Assembly (NCBI GenBank): GCA_965243395.1
Contig: CBDEUS010000002.1
Coordinates: 1,235,314 to 1,299,313, forward strand
Direction of reading: 5' to 3'
From: Gammaproteobacteria bacterium
Lineage (GTDB): Bacteria > Pseudomonadota > Gammaproteobacteria > UBA4575
DNA: 64,000 nucleotides
Shown here one piece after another: positions 22,704-33,784 of this stretch. The translations under genes and the position numbers were made by a program. Numbering within the stretch: the stretch's first letter is position 1; each line of letters begins with the position of its first letter. The notes under the pieces were generated by a model. The model was not told the origin of the DNA. It saw only the letters and a program-made list of their open reading frames with translations, and did no database searches.

Positions 22704-23174
22704 GTGCAAATCAATATTGTAGCAGTTGGTGAAAAGAGCCCAGTTTGGTTGGAGGAAGGACTGAATCAATATTTGGCACGAATGCCACGTGAGTGCTCAG
22801 TAAAAATAATAACTGTCGCAACTACAAAACGAGTAAAAAATATATCAATTTCTCAGGCTCAAAGGCATGAGCAAGACTTGTTACTTAAGGCCGGTTCAAA
22901 AAGCAACTACTCTATCGCTTTAGATGAAAGTGGAATAAGTTGGAATACTACAAAGCTGGTCAGTAATTTAGAAAGCTGGTTACAAAATAGGCCTGTTGTC
23001 ACTTTATATATAGGCGGGCCTGATGGTTTTACTAAAGATTTTCTTGAGCAAGTTGATGCGGTTTGGTCTTTGTCTTCTTTAACTATGCCTCATATGCTAG
23101 TTCGCTTAATATTAGTAGAACAACTGTATCGTGCATGGACAATTCTTCAGGGACATCCTTACCATCGGGAATAA
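22704..23174 (+). CDS. rlmH: 23S rRNA pseudouridine-1915 N3-methyltransferase
   Basis: IGGPDG, SLSSLTMPH, EQLYRA...GHPYHRE. Confidence 0.96.
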   Translation: MQINIVAVGEKSPVWLEEGLNQYLARMPRECSVKIITVATTKRVKNISISQAQRHEQDLLLKAGSKSNYSIALDESGISWNTTKLVSNLESWLQNRPVVTLYIGGPDGFTKDFLEQVDAVWSLSSLTMPHMLVRLILVEQLYRAWTILQGHPYHRE

Positions 23175-23200
23175 ATACTACTCGTTATTTTTTGTCTGTA

Positions 23201-23779
23201 ATGTTTAATTCTTCAGAGAGAGAGCTGATTCTGGCATCAGGGTCATGTCGTCGGCGCAAATTACTGGATAAACTTAATATAAGTTACAGTTCTTATATTC
23301 CAAATGTGGATGAATCAATAAATCTTGATGAAACAGCTGGTCAGTATGTTAGCCGTATTGCTTGCTTAAAGGCGCATACTGTAAATGAATCAATGAGCAG
23401 CAATAAAATTATCTTGGCTGCAGATACTATTATTTCTCTTAAAGAAGAGGTGATTGGGAAACCGGAAAATAAGCAACATGCAAAAAAAATTCTACAAAAT
23501 TTGTCTGCTAAAGAACATGAAGTTATTACGGGAGTATGTTTATTAATTTCAGATCAAGAATATCAAGCTATCGTGATAACGAAAGTGAAATTTAGACGGC
23601 TTAGTAACAGGGAGATCAATGCATATACTGAAATGGAGGAACCTTATGATAAAGCCGGAGCTTATGCTATACAGGGGGAGGCAGCAGGTTTTGTTGAATA
23701 TATTGCGGGCAGCTATACAAATGTTGTCGGATTGCCATTGCTCGAGGTTTATGGGCTGCTTAAGCACGCAAACTTATAG
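23201..23779 (+). CDS. maf: Maf/YhdE nucleoside triphosphate pyrophosphatase
   Basis: LILASGS.RR, AADT, GKP, DKAGAYAIQG, NVVGLPL; start moved to ATG 23201 because the longer ORF overlaps rlmH. Confidence 0.92.
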   Translation: MFNSSERELILASGSCRRRKLLDKLNISYSSYIPNVDESINLDETAGQYVSRIACLKAHTVNESMSSNKIILAADTIISLKEEVIGKPENKQHAKKILQNLSAKEHEVITGVCLLISDQEYQAIVITKVKFRRLSNREINAYTEMEEPYDKAGAYAIQGEAAGFVEYIAGSYTNVVGLPLLEVYGLLKHANL

Positions 23780-23809
23780 TTTTATTACAGTGTCTAGGTA
23801 CAATTAAGC

Positions 23810-25315
23810 ATGAGCGAAGAAATTTTAATCAATGTAACTCCGCAAGAGACAAGGGTCGCGGTAGTTGAAAATGGCGTACTTCATGAGATTCAAATCGAAC
23901 GTGTAAGCAAGCAAGGATTAGTTGGAAATATCTTTAAAGGATGTGTCAGTAGGGTTATGCCCGGAATGGATGCAGCTTTTGTAGATATCGGTTTATCAAA
24001 AGCAGCTTTCATACATAGCTCTGATGTTGCATATTTACCAAAAAGTTCACGTGGCTCGCAAACAGATGTAAATCCCCCTGATGAAACTATTTTGCAATCG
24101 TTCAATGAGAACATAACTAACTTACTTCATGAGGGCCAGCAATTACTTGTTCAGGTAGTTAAAGATCAGCTAGGTACTAAAGGAGCCCGACTAACTACAA
24201 ATATAACCGTACCTTCACGTTATATGGTGTTGTTACCTTACTCAAATGATGTACGTATTTCTACACGTATTGAAGATGAAGAAGAGCGAGAACGATTAAT
24301 TGTAACTACTCAAAATCTTTTAAAAGAATTTGATGCAAATTGTGGATGTATTTTGCGAACAGCTGCTGAAGGCATTGGTGAAGCTGAATTAAGACGTGAC
24401 TTGAAATTTTTGCTAAATCTTTGGGCCACTATTGTAGAAAAAGTAAATCAGTCTTCTTCAGTAGATGAAGTATATTCGGATCTACCTCTTGCTGTTCGTA
24501 CTCTTCGAGATTTATCAGTTGATGACATTGAAGAGGTTCGCATTGATTCTCGTGTTAGCTATGAAACGGTTAAAGAGTTTGCCGAAAAACTTGTTCCGGA
24601 ATTAGCAACGCGAATAAAACGCTATTCAGGAAGCCGACCAATATTTGATCTCTATTCTATAGAGGATGAATTGCAGAAAGCCTTGCACAGAAAAGTAGCA
24701 CTGAAATCTGGTGGTTATCTGATATTTGATCAAACTGAAGCGATGACTACAATTGATATCAACACAGGTGGGTTTGTTGGACATCGTAATTTAGAGGAAA
24801 CCATTTACAAAACCAACCTTGAAGCAGCACAAGCCATCGCTAGACAACTTCGTTTACGAAATTTGGGCGGTATTATTATTATTGATTTTATCGATATGGA
24901 AGATGATGAGCATAAGCGACAAGTAATGCGTGTGTTTGAGAAATCTCTGGATAAAGATCGTGCGAAAAGCCAGGTTTGTGAGGTATCACCTCTTGGTCTA
25001 GTAGAAATGACACGCAAACGCACACGTGAAAGCTTAGAACATGTGCTATGCGAATCTTGTTTCACTTGCTCAGGCAGAGGCTACATTAAAACCGCTGAAA
25101 CGATTTGTTTCGAGCTTTTTCGCGAAATAATGCGTGAGGCCAGACAATATGAAACGAACGAATTGCTTGTTTTGGCGTCTCAACCAGTAGTGGATTTATT
25201 ATTAGATGAGGAGTCAGCCAGTCTTGCTGAATTGGAAGATTATATTGGTAAAACCATAAAATTGCAGGTGGAATCACTGTATTCACAAGAGCAATTTGAT
25301 GTGGTGCCACTATGA
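23810..25315 (+). CDS. rng: Ribonuclease G
   Basis: S1 domain AAFVDIG, TEAMTTIDINTG, GGIIIIDFIDM, CxxC; between maf and yhdP. Confidence 0.96.
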   Translation: MSEEILINVTPQETRVAVVENGVLHEIQIERVSKQGLVGNIFKGCVSRVMPGMDAAFVDIGLSKAAFIHSSDVAYLPKSSRGSQTDVNPPDETILQSFNENITNLLHEGQQLLVQVVKDQLGTKGARLTTNITVPSRYMVLLPYSNDVRISTRIEDEEERERLIVTTQNLLKEFDANCGCILRTAAEGIGEAELRRDLKFLLNLWATIVEKVNQSSSVDEVYSDLPLAVRTLRDLSVDDIEEVRIDSRVSYETVKEFAEKLVPELATRIKRYSGSRPIFDLYSIEDELQKALHRKVALKSGGYLIFDQTEAMTTIDINTGGFVGHRNLEETIYKTNLEAAQAIARQLRLRNLGGIIIIDFIDMEDDEHKRQVMRVFEKSLDKDRAKSQVCEVSPLGLVEMTRKRTRESLEHVLCESCFTCSGRGYIKTAETICFELFREIMREARQYETNELLVLASQPVVDLLLDEESASLAELEDYIGKTIKLQVESLYSQEQFDVVPL

Positions 25316-25327
25316 TAAGTTTTGATT

Positions 25328-28300
25328 ATGTTACGTAAATTACTTTTAGGTGCTTGGTACATTTTTTTTGTAGTTTTAATGCTGCTTGCATTTACTATCA
25401 GTATTGCACGCGGTTATCCAAGCTTATATCAAAAATATTTACCTGTAATCCAAGAAAATATTTCTACACTTGTTGGTAAACCCGTCCATGCAGATTCGAT
25501 TCGTATTGACTGGTATGGAATTACGCCATTTATTTCAACTAATAACTTGTCTATTTATGAAGATGAAACTCAGTACGACTTACTATTAAATGCCGAAAAA
25601 GCGACTATTTCATTGGATTTATACAAGAGTTTATTACAAAAAAAGGTAGTTTTTAAAGAATTAACTCTTATTGATAGTAATCTTGATCTGTTAAGGACTG
25701 CTGATGAGAAAATAATATTAAATGGAATCGACATTAGCGAACGGTTATCACAACGTAAAAAACTGGAACAAAAAAACAAACTTATTATCAACTTGCTTGA
25801 CAGCACTATATCAATAGAAGATGAGCTCAAAGAGTTAAATTTCTTTTTTGATAGAGTAGATATTTCACTTGGATTTTCAGATGAAAATTTTAATATAAAG
25901 TCTGAATTTATATTGCCTGAAACGTTAGGAAGATCACTCACCATTGTTGCTGATATTCGTGATTTAGATAAAGGCTTAAAAAATATAAAGGGTGAACTAT
26001 ATGCAAATGGAAACAATATCAATCTTGAGCTGATAAATGACTTTTTCCCTAAGTCTAATCTAGGAGTTAAGAAAGGCAATTCTGATTTTCAAATTTGGGG
26101 AGACTTCAGTTCATTAAAACAACGTACACTATCTGGTAAGTTTAGTTTGCGTGATCTTGTTTATAGCGAAGTTGATATTCCGTTGCTTCCAACATTAATA
26201 AATAAAGAAATAATTGCAGTAGATACGTTTTTTCAATTTAGTGGTGATATGAATAATTGGAAACTCGCATTAAATGAAGTAAATATTCAAACCACCGATC
26301 ATGCGTGGCCCGGTAAACAGTACGAAATAAGCTGTCGAAGCTGTGAGGAGCAATCATACATTCTTGCAGCAGCTTTAGATTATGTAAATTCTGATCAACT
26401 GCTTTGTACCTTGCAACATTTCCCTTTTATTGCTGAGCGACTAAACCAAGTACTTAGCAAAATTGAATTACATGGTGAACTACAAGACATTAAAGTATTA
26501 GCAGAATTCGGTGAGAAAAAAATTACTAAATATCAATATCAAGCATCATTGCTGGGTGCAAATTTTTCAATACCTGAATATGAATTTTCCGCTTCGGAAG
26601 TAACAGGTGATGTGATTGGTGATCATAGCGCCGGCGAGATCAATTTTGCTACTCAATCAACTGCTATTGCTTTAAATCATTTGCTAAATAATCCATTAGA
26701 AAATCAAAATATAACTGGTGTAATAAAATGGAAGCTTAGAAAAAATGATAAATTGTTTGCATTGCAAAAGTTAAATATAGAGTCAAACGATATGAGTGTT
26801 GATTTGCAAGGTCTTGCGCATATTATTGATGGTAAACCACATGTTGATATCCAATTGTCAATCCCGGAAGCTGATGTAACAGAGGTAAAGAAATATTTAC
26901 CGTACAAACGCATGCATCCAAAACTATCAAAATGGCTAAATGAAAGCATTTCTTCTGGAATAATTAAGAATGGTAAGTTGCTCATACAAGGCAACCCAAA
27001 AAACTTTCCTTTCAAAAACAAGCGTGGGCGTTTTCAGGTGAGTGCTGAAATAGAAAAAGGAGTTTTGGACTACCGAAAAAACTGGCCAAGTGCAAAAGAT
27101 ATCGTTGCTAATTTTGAAATAAACAATGATCATTTAGTACTTAATGCTACGCATGGTTCAATACTTGATTCATCATTAAGTCACGTTCATGCGGAGATTG
27201 CTGATTTAAAATTACCATTATTGGTTATTAATGGTACTGCAGCAGGACCTTCAAATAATATTCTGGAGTATTTACAGCAATCTTCATTGCTTTCTGAAAA
27301 CAGTCAAGTAATTAAACAAATATCAGCTAATGGAACTTCTGAGCTAAATTTGAACATCAAACTTACATTAACAAGAAAATTAGAGAAGCAGCTTTTAGTA
27401 AGTGGTGAAATTGAATTTAAGGACACCAATATAAGTGTAAAAGCTTTATCTCTACCGTTTACACATGTTAATGGTAAGCTGAAATTTGATCAAAATGGCG
27501 CTCAAGGAAAAGATCTAAAAGCTAAACTTTATGGCGCACCAATATTAGCCAGTGCAGAGAAACTGAGCGAGGGTCGAACCAAATTATTAATAAGTGGAGA
27601 CCTAGATCTTGATAGCTATTTGTTTGAAAATTATCGTGACTTAAATAAATACTTAAAAGGCATCACAGACGTTTCAGCAGAAATTAACATTCCTAAGCTT
27701 GATAAAAATAGTTCAGATAAATCTTTAAAAGTAGCAGTGACAAGTGATCTATATGGAGCACAAATTTTATTACCGGAACCATTTCGAAAAGAGCCTAATG
27801 ATTCTCGTCAGTTAGTAATACATTCAAAACATCAGCAGGGTGAAAACAGCGAAGTTTTTGCTAATTTAAACAGCCAGTATTTTATGAAGGCCATTTTTGG
27901 TAAAGAGTCAGGTAAATTATCTGCTATGAATGTGCATATGGGCAACGAACAATTTATTATGCCTGAGTCCGGAATAAAAATTTCAGGCCGATTAAAGCAT
28001 GTAAATTTAAACCAATGGCGCGATATAATTTCTTCTAATGAAGAAAAGAATGTTGAGGTAAATGAAATTGATTTATATGTCAATCAAATGAAACTGGGTA
28101 ATATAGAAATTGATAATGTTGATTTTCATACCCGAAAAAAAGAAAAATTTTGGATCGGTGAAATTCATTCATCAGTCGCAAAGGGTGGATTTGAATATCC
28201 CGTGGATTCAGAAAGCGGTAGTGTAGCAACGTTTGATTTTGATTATTTACGTTTTCCTTCAGCAAACAATGAATCGGAAGATGAAGCTACAAGTTTTGAT

Positions 28301-29254
28301 CCGCGTTCTTTACCGGCATTAGTAGCCAATACAAAAGAATTTAAATATAAAGATGCAGCTTTTACTGATGTTAGTCTTAAGACAAAGCCATCAGAACATG
28401 GTTTAACGATTGATTCTTTACAGGGTAGTGGTAATGATTTGCATGTTTCGTCAAATGGTGCTTGGAATATAGAGGACGACAATTCACATATAACCCAACT
28501 GCTGATAACTTTACAAACAGATAATATACAAAATTCTCTTACGGGTTTGGGGTTTGATAGTGCGGTTACCGGTGGAAGAGGAAGGGTTACAGCAGATTTT
28601 AGATGGCCAAAAGCACCTTATCAGTTTTCTTTAGCTTCTGTATCTGGGAACGTAAATATCAGGCTTAATGATGGCGCAATCTCTTCTGTTGAGCCAGGGG
28701 GTGCAGGGCGTTTGATCGGTTTAGTTAATTTAGGTGAAATTTCTAGGCGTCTGTCACTAGATTTTACAGATTTCTTTTCAAAAGGTTATTCCTTTGAAAA
28801 AATACGTGGTGACTTACAGTTTAAAGATGCAAATTTAACAACTGAAAACTTGAAGGTGAAAGGCCCGTCTGCAGATATACTTATACAAGGTAGAACGGGA
28901 ATTACCGCTAAAGATTATGATCAAATTGTTACAGTTACACCGCATGTGAGTGGTGGGCTTCCCTGGATTGGTTTGGCAGTAGGTGGGCCACTAGGTGCAG
29001 TTGGAGTCATAGTAGGCGAAAAGATTGCCAAAACCATTGGTGTAGATGTAGATAAAGTCACAGAAGTGAAATACAGCATGACTGGGAGCTGGGAAGACCC
29101 TAAGTTAGAGCCGATTGCACGAAAAGTTGCAGAAAATTCAACTAACAACCAGGGGCAACTATCGCCAAATTCTACATCGCAGAATTCTCCACAAGTTTCT
29201 CCTCAGGCTCCGCAGTCAGAATCAAAAGAAAGTTCTGATACTGCAACGCCTTAG
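25328..29254 (+). CDS. yhdP: YhdP (TIGR02099, AsmA-like) phospholipid transporter
   Basis: N-terminal TM anchor, ~1300-aa beta-rich body, RRLSLDFTDFFSKG and Y...GSWEDP C-terminal motifs; rng-yhdP-nit-tldD synteny. Confidence 0.88.
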   Translation: MLRKLLLGAWYIFFVVLMLLAFTISIARGYPSLYQKYLPVIQENISTLVGKPVHADSIRIDWYGITPFISTNNLSIYEDETQYDLLLNAEKATISLDLYKSLLQKKVVFKELTLIDSNLDLLRTADEKIILNGIDISERLSQRKKLEQKNKLIINLLDSTISIEDELKELNFFFDRVDISLGFSDENFNIKSEFILPETLGRSLTIVADIRDLDKGLKNIKGELYANGNNINLELINDFFPKSNLGVKKGNSDFQIWGDFSSLKQRTLSGKFSLRDLVYSEVDIPLLPTLINKEIIAVDTFFQFSGDMNNWKLALNEVNIQTTDHAWPGKQYEISCRSCEEQSYILAAALDYVNSDQLLCTLQHFPFIAERLNQVLSKIELHGELQDIKVLAEFGEKKITKYQYQASLLGANFSIPEYEFSASEVTGDVIGDHSAGEINFATQSTAIALNHLLNNPLENQNITGVIKWKLRKNDKLFALQKLNIESNDMSVDLQGLAHIIDGKPHVDIQLSIPEADVTEVKKYLPYKRMHPKLSKWLNESISSGIIKNGKLLIQGNPKNFPFKNKRGRFQVSAEIEKGVLDYRKNWPSAKDIVANFEINNDHLVLNATHGSILDSSLSHVHAEIADLKLPLLVINGTAAGPSNNILEYLQQSSLLSENSQVIKQISANGTSELNLNIKLTLTRKLEKQLLVSGEIEFKDTNISVKALSLPFTHVNGKLKFDQNGAQGKDLKAKLYGAPILASAEKLSEGRTKLLISGDLDLDSYLFENYRDLNKYLKGITDVSAEINIPKLDKNSSDKSLKVAVTSDLYGAQILLPEPFRKEPNDSRQLVIHSKHQQGENSEVFANLNSQYFMKAIFGKESGKLSAMNVHMGNEQFIMPESGIKISGRLKHVNLNQWRDIISSNEEKNVEVNEIDLYVNQMKLGNIEIDNVDFHTRKKEKFWIGEIHSSVAKGGFEYPVDSESGSVATFDFDYLRFPSANNESEDEATSFDPRSLPALVANTKEFKYKDAAFTDVSLKTKPSEHGLTIDSLQGSGNDLHVSSNGAWNIEDDNSHITQLLITLQTDNIQNSLTGLGFDSAVTGGRGRVTADFRWPKAPYQFSLASVSGNVNIRLNDGAISSVEPGGAGRLIGLVNLGEISRRLSLDFTDFFSKGYSFEKIRGDLQFKDANLTTENLKVKGPSADILIQGRTGITAKDYDQIVTVTPHVSGGLPWIGLAVGGPLGAVGVIVGEKIAKTIGVDVDKVTEVKYSMTGSWEDPKLEPIARKVAENSTNNQGQLSPNSTSQNSPQVSPQAPQSESKESSDTATP

Positions 29255-29370
29255 TTTTATTCAATGAAGATGCGGACAAGTCGATTGTTTATCTCTACTA
29301 GAGTAGAGCCGATTCATACAAAGAGTTGCAATAATATAGTTTCTTAAAAACAACCAATAGTGGAATTGAT

Positions 29371-30186
29371 TTGAGTAAAGTTGCATCTGTTCAAATGGCC
29401 TCCAGTCCTAACGTGGATGCCAATCTACATGAAGCTAATCGCCTGATTTCTCAAGCTGTGGATGCTGGGGCGGAGCTAATTGTTCTCCCTGAAAACTTTG
29501 CCATTATGGGGATTGAGGAAGAAGATAAAGTTGCTGTACGAGAGCCACAAGGAGATGGTCCTATTCAAAACTTTTTGTCTGAACAGGCCAAGCAACATAA
29601 TGTTTGGATTATAGGCGGTACAGTGCCGATGGTTTGTGATGATCCGAAGAAAATTCTTGCAGCTTGTTTAGTATATGACAATAAAGGCAATCTTGTTGAA
29701 CGCTATGACAAGATACATTTATTTGATGTTGATCTTGTTGATACAGGTGAGAGTTATAACGAATCTGAAACCATAGAATTTGGTAACACAGGTTTAAAAG
29801 TAATTGACACTCCATTCGGAAAAATTGGTTTAGCCGTTTGCTATGATTTACGTTTTCCTGAATTATTTAGAGCATTGCTAGATTTAGGCGCAGAAATAGT
29901 GGTCCTGCCTGCAGCTTTTACGGCAGTAACCGGGGAAGCGCATTGGGAAAGTTTATTGCGTGCACGAGCAATTGAAAACTTAATCTACATTATTGCCTCT
30001 GCTCAAGGCGGTTATCATATTAATGGTCGCGCAACGTTTGGTGATAGCATGATTGTTGATCCTTGGGGTACGATATTAAATCGCATTAAGCATGGCGCAG
30101 GATTCGCAATAGCAGATATAAACCTGAGCTATTTACAATCACGTCGTAAAACATTCCCTTGTATAGAACACCGAAGAATGAAATAA
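29371..30186 (+). CDS. Carbon-nitrogen hydrolase (Nit1/deaminated glutathione amidase-like)
   Basis: Catalytic triad motifs LPEN, YDKIHLFD, VCYDLRFPE. Confidence 0.92.
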   Translation: MSKVASVQMASSPNVDANLHEANRLISQAVDAGAELIVLPENFAIMGIEEEDKVAVREPQGDGPIQNFLSEQAKQHNVWIIGGTVPMVCDDPKKILAACLVYDNKGNLVERYDKIHLFDVDLVDTGESYNESETIEFGNTGLKVIDTPFGKIGLAVCYDLRFPELFRALLDLGAEIVVLPAAFTAVTGEAHWESLLRARAIENLIYIIASAQGGYHINGRATFGDSMIVDPWGTILNRIKHGAGFAIADINLSYLQSRRKTFPCIEHRRMK

Positions 30187-30219
30187 ATTTAATTACGTTA
30201 CACATTTAAACTAAACACT

Positions 30220-31662
30220 ATGCAAAAACCATTAGAACTTGCAAAAGCAAGCATCTTAGAACCTTCTGGTTTAAATGAAACACATTTATCGCAGGCATTT
30301 TCAACTTTATTAGATTCTTCTGCAGACAGTGGCGATATTTATTTCCAAGTACGTAAACATGAAGCTTGGTCGTTAGAGGATGGTATTGTTAAAGATGCCA
30401 GTTTCAACATTAGCCAGGGTGTAGGTATACGTGCGATTAAAGATGATAAAACAGGTTTTGCGTATTCTGATGAAATTGTATTACCTGCATTATTGGAATC
30501 ATGTAAAGCCGCACGTGCTATAGCACGTGGTAATCAAAATGGTCAGGTAAAGGCATGGCAGTCAAATGCTGGTAACGAACTCTATTTACCTGATGACCCA
30601 ACAAATTCGCTTACTGAATCAGACAAAGTTAATTTATTGCGTTCGCTAGATGCTTTGGCGCGCAAACAAGACTCACGTATTAAACAAGTGATGGCATCAA
30701 TTGCAGGTTCACATGAAATAATTTTGGTTGCCAATAGCGATGGTTCTATCGCGGCGGACGTAAGACCTTTGGTGAGACTAAATGTGTCCGTTATCGTTGA
30801 AGATAAAGGCAGGCTGGAACAAGGCAGTGCTGGGGGTGGTGGTCGTGTGGCATACGACTTTTTTACCGAAGAAGATCGCGCACAATCTTATGTCCATGAG
30901 GCTGTGCGAATGGCTCTACTAAATCTTGAAGCGGTGGACGCACCTGCTGGAGAAATGAAAGTAGTTTTAGGCCCTGGATGGCCTGGAGTTTTATTGCATG
31001 AGGCTATTGGACATGGTTTAGAAGGTGATTTTACACGTAAAGGTACTTCAGCATTTAGCGGGCGTATAGGTGAGCGCGTGGCAAGCAAAGGAGTTACTGT
31101 GGTAGACGACGGTACTTTAGAAAAGCGCAGAGGCTCTTTAAATATTGATGATGAAGGCACTACTACACAATGTACTACATTAATCGAGGATGGGATCCTT
31201 AAAGCGTTTATGCAGGACAAGTTGAATGCAAAACTTTCAAATGTTGAGTCCACAGGAAATGGCAGACGTGAATCCTATGCACATCTACCCATGCCACGCA
31301 TGACAAATACCTACATGCTTGCTGGTAAATATGATCCCGGTGAAATTATCAGCTCCGTAGATTCTGGTTTTTATGCTGTTAATTTTGGCGGTGGTCAGGT
31401 AGATATTACTTCGGGCAAGTTTGTGTTTTCGGCCTCTGAAGCGTATTTAATCGAAAAAGGTAAAGTTACCAAGCCTGTAAAAGGTGCCACCTTGATAGGT
31501 GACGGTCCCGATGTACTTACGCGGGTCAGTATGATTGGTAATGATTTAAAATTGGATCGTGGTGTAGGAACTTGTGGAAAAGAAGGGCAAAGTGTTCCGG
31601 TAGGAGTGGGTCAGCCAACATTAAGAATTGATGGCATTACAGTTGGGGGCACAGCTCAATAA
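30220..31662 (+). CDS. tldD: Metalloprotease TldD
   Basis: [48 protein letters not shown]. Confidence 0.97.
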   Translation: MQKPLELAKASILEPSGLNETHLSQAFSTLLDSSADSGDIYFQVRKHEAWSLEDGIVKDASFNISQGVGIRAIKDDKTGFAYSDEIVLPALLESCKAARAIARGNQNGQVKAWQSNAGNELYLPDDPTNSLTESDKVNLLRSLDALARKQDSRIKQVMASIAGSHEIILVANSDGSIAADVRPLVRLNVSVIVEDKGRLEQGSAGGGGRVAYDFFTEEDRAQSYVHEAVRMALLNLEAVDAPAGEMKVVLGPGWPGVLLHEAIGHGLEGDFTRKGTSAFSGRIGERVASKGVTVVDDGTLEKRRGSLNIDDEGTTTQCTTLIEDGILKAFMQDKLNAKLSNVESTGNGRRESYAHLPMPRMTNTYMLAGKYDPGEIISSVDSGFYAVNFGGGQVDITSGKFVFSASEAYLIEKGKVTKPVKGATLIGDGPDVLTRVSMIGNDLKLDRGVGTCGKEGQSVPVGVGQPTLRIDGITVGGTAQ

Positions 31663-31680
31663 ACTTGTGTAAGTAATTGT

Positions 31681-33018
31681 ATGGACATCCAGCCTTCGCC
31701 CTATTCAAAAGAAAAATTAGAAAATTTGGTGCATCTATGTTTAAGCGAAGCCAAGCAACAAGGTGCAAGTAGTGCAGAAGCAAGTATAAATGTTGAGCAC
31801 GGTTTATCTGTAACTGCACGCATAGGTGAAGCAGAAACATTAGAACATCATAATGACCGTGGTCTAGGCGTTACAGTTTATGTGGGAAAAAAGAAAGGTT
31901 CGGCAAGTACTACAGATTTCAAATTATCTTCAATTAAGGATGCCGTTACAGCAGCATGCAATATTGCCAGTTTTACAGAAGAAGATAGCTGTGCAGGGTT
32001 AGCAGATGCTGATCGTATGGCAACAAAAATACAAGATTTAGATCTTGATCATCCTTGGGGATTATCACCCGAAGAAGCATTAGAGATTGCAATCGAATGT
32101 GAAAATACTGCTAGAGATGTAGATAAGATTTCAAATTCAGAAGGAGCATCTTGTACCACATCAAGAAGTACTACTATTTACGCTAATACGCATGATTTTC
32201 TAGGCAGCTATACTTCTACGCGCCATAACTTGTCTTGTATTGTAGTTGCAGAACAAGATGGCAATATGCAAAGGGATTACTGGTTTTCAACTACCCGAGA
32301 CCCTAAAAATTTAGAGTCTGCTGGAAGTGTTGGCAAAAAAGCTGCAGAACGAACTGTGAACCGGTTAGGCGCGAGAAAGCTTTCTACTCAGACCACACCT
32401 GTAATATTTGAAGCAAATATGGCGCGTTCATTGTTATCCCATTTTATTTCTGCTATCAGTGGTGGAGCTTTGTATCGTAAGGCTTCGTTTTTGATTGATC
32501 ATTTGGATAAGAAAGTTTTCTCTGACCAAATAACTATAAGCGAAGATCCTTTTATCAAAGGTGGTTTGGGTAGCAGTTCATTTGATGCAGAAGGTGTTGC
32601 TACACAAGCGCGTACACTTGTGGATGAAGGAATATTAAAGGGTTATGTGTTAAGTAGCTATTCTGCAAGAAGACTAGGTATGCAGTCTACGGGTAATGCA
32701 GGAGGGGTTCATAACTTAGCTCTGCAAAAAGGTGAAGATAATTTACAAGAGCTCATGCAAGAAATGCAAAAAGGCTTGCTAGTTACCGAATTAATTGGTC
32801 ATGGCGTGAATACAGTGACAGGAGATTATTCTCGAGGTGCAGTCGGTTACTGGGTAGAAAATGGTGAAATCCAGTATCCTGTAGATGAAATTACCATTGC
32901 TGGAAATTTAAAAGATATCTACCAAAAAATTGTTGCGGTAGGTAATGATATTGATGAACGAAGTAATATTGTTACACCTTCGTTGCTCATTGATAATTTA
33001 ATGGTTGCGGGAAATTAA
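31681..33018 (+). CDS. pmbA: Metalloprotease PmbA (TldE)
   Basis: MQRDYW, FDAEGV, STGNAGG, VTGDYSRGA motifs; follows tldD. Confidence 0.95.
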   Translation: MDIQPSPYSKEKLENLVHLCLSEAKQQGASSAEASINVEHGLSVTARIGEAETLEHHNDRGLGVTVYVGKKKGSASTTDFKLSSIKDAVTAACNIASFTEEDSCAGLADADRMATKIQDLDLDHPWGLSPEEALEIAIECENTARDVDKISNSEGASCTTSRSTTIYANTHDFLGSYTSTRHNLSCIVVAEQDGNMQRDYWFSTTRDPKNLESAGSVGKKAAERTVNRLGARKLSTQTTPVIFEANMARSLLSHFISAISGGALYRKASFLIDHLDKKVFSDQITISEDPFIKGGLGSSSFDAEGVATQARTLVDEGILKGYVLSSYSARRLGMQSTGNAGGVHNLALQKGEDNLQELMQEMQKGLLVTELIGHGVNTVTGDYSRGAVGYWVENGEIQYPVDEITIAGNLKDIYQKIVAVGNDIDERSNIVTPSLLIDNLMVAGN

Positions 33019-33028
33019 ACAAAATATT

Positions 33029-33784
33029 TTAATTGCTAAAAGTATTATCCAGCCACTTCACATCAGTTATTCGAATTGAAATATCTAATTTTCCGTTTTC
33101 AAATTTATCTAGCTTAACGGGTAAATAGTTCAGTTTTTCTGCAAACCAGCTGTAGTAAGTGGTTTTTTTATCATTATCTTTTTTTCGTACAAGTTTATGT
33201 GCGTCATACTTACCAGCTTTAGTTTCAATAATTTCATTATCTTCTAATTGATAGGCGTACTCTTTTAGTCTGCCTTTTGATATTACAGAATAACGATTTA
33301 TGCCTTTTTCCTGAGCAGGCTTTCGCATAAGTAATAATTGCGCAGAGTAATTGTCGAAGGTGTAATCTTGTAATTCAACCTCATTCTTTCGGTCTTTGTA
33401 TTTGACAATAGCCTTTTTGTTATCCCAGTCAAAAATGTAATGCTCATTGCGATTTTTATCGCTGTTTTTCATTTCATGTTTGAACTCAATCGTATGATAT
33501 TGATTGTTAATTAATTTAAGCACTGCGCGATCTGTGACTACTTGATTTCCCAAAAAGAGAGCAGCCATACCAACAGGTTTAGTGATTGACTCGTAAATTA
33601 ATTCGCCATTCACTTTTTTAAGGCTCACGTCCATTTTACCTACCCGCATTGTGCCTTTATGAACATCGTAACTAGCCTCAAACTCAGGCGGTAATGTGCT
33701 GTCATTTAATATATATGTAGAATTGGCTGCAACGGATTGAATCAATCCGACAGCAACTATAGCTATGAGCAATATCTTTTTCAT
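33029..33784 (-). CDS. DUF3108-like exported protein
   Basis: N-terminal signal peptide; IETKAGKY...WFAEKLNYLPVKL pattern; position downstream of purN is typical for this family. Confidence 0.7.
   Translation of the reverse strand: MKKILLIAIVAVGLIQSVAANSTYILNDSTLPPEFEASYDVHKGTMRVGKMDVSLKKVNGELIYESITKPVGMAALFLGNQVVTDRAVLKLINNQYHTIEFKHEMKNSDKNRNEHYIFDWDNKKAIVKYKDRKNEVELQDYTFDNYSAQLLLMRKPAQEKGINRYSVISKGRLKEYAYQLEDNEIIETKAGKYDAHKLVRKKDNDKKTTYYSWFAEKLNYLPVKLDKFENGKLDISIRITDVKWLDNTFSN

Noticed and set aside
23063-23200. N-terminal extension of maf in the ORF track
   Set aside because: Overlaps rlmH; Maf similarity begins just after ATG 23201.
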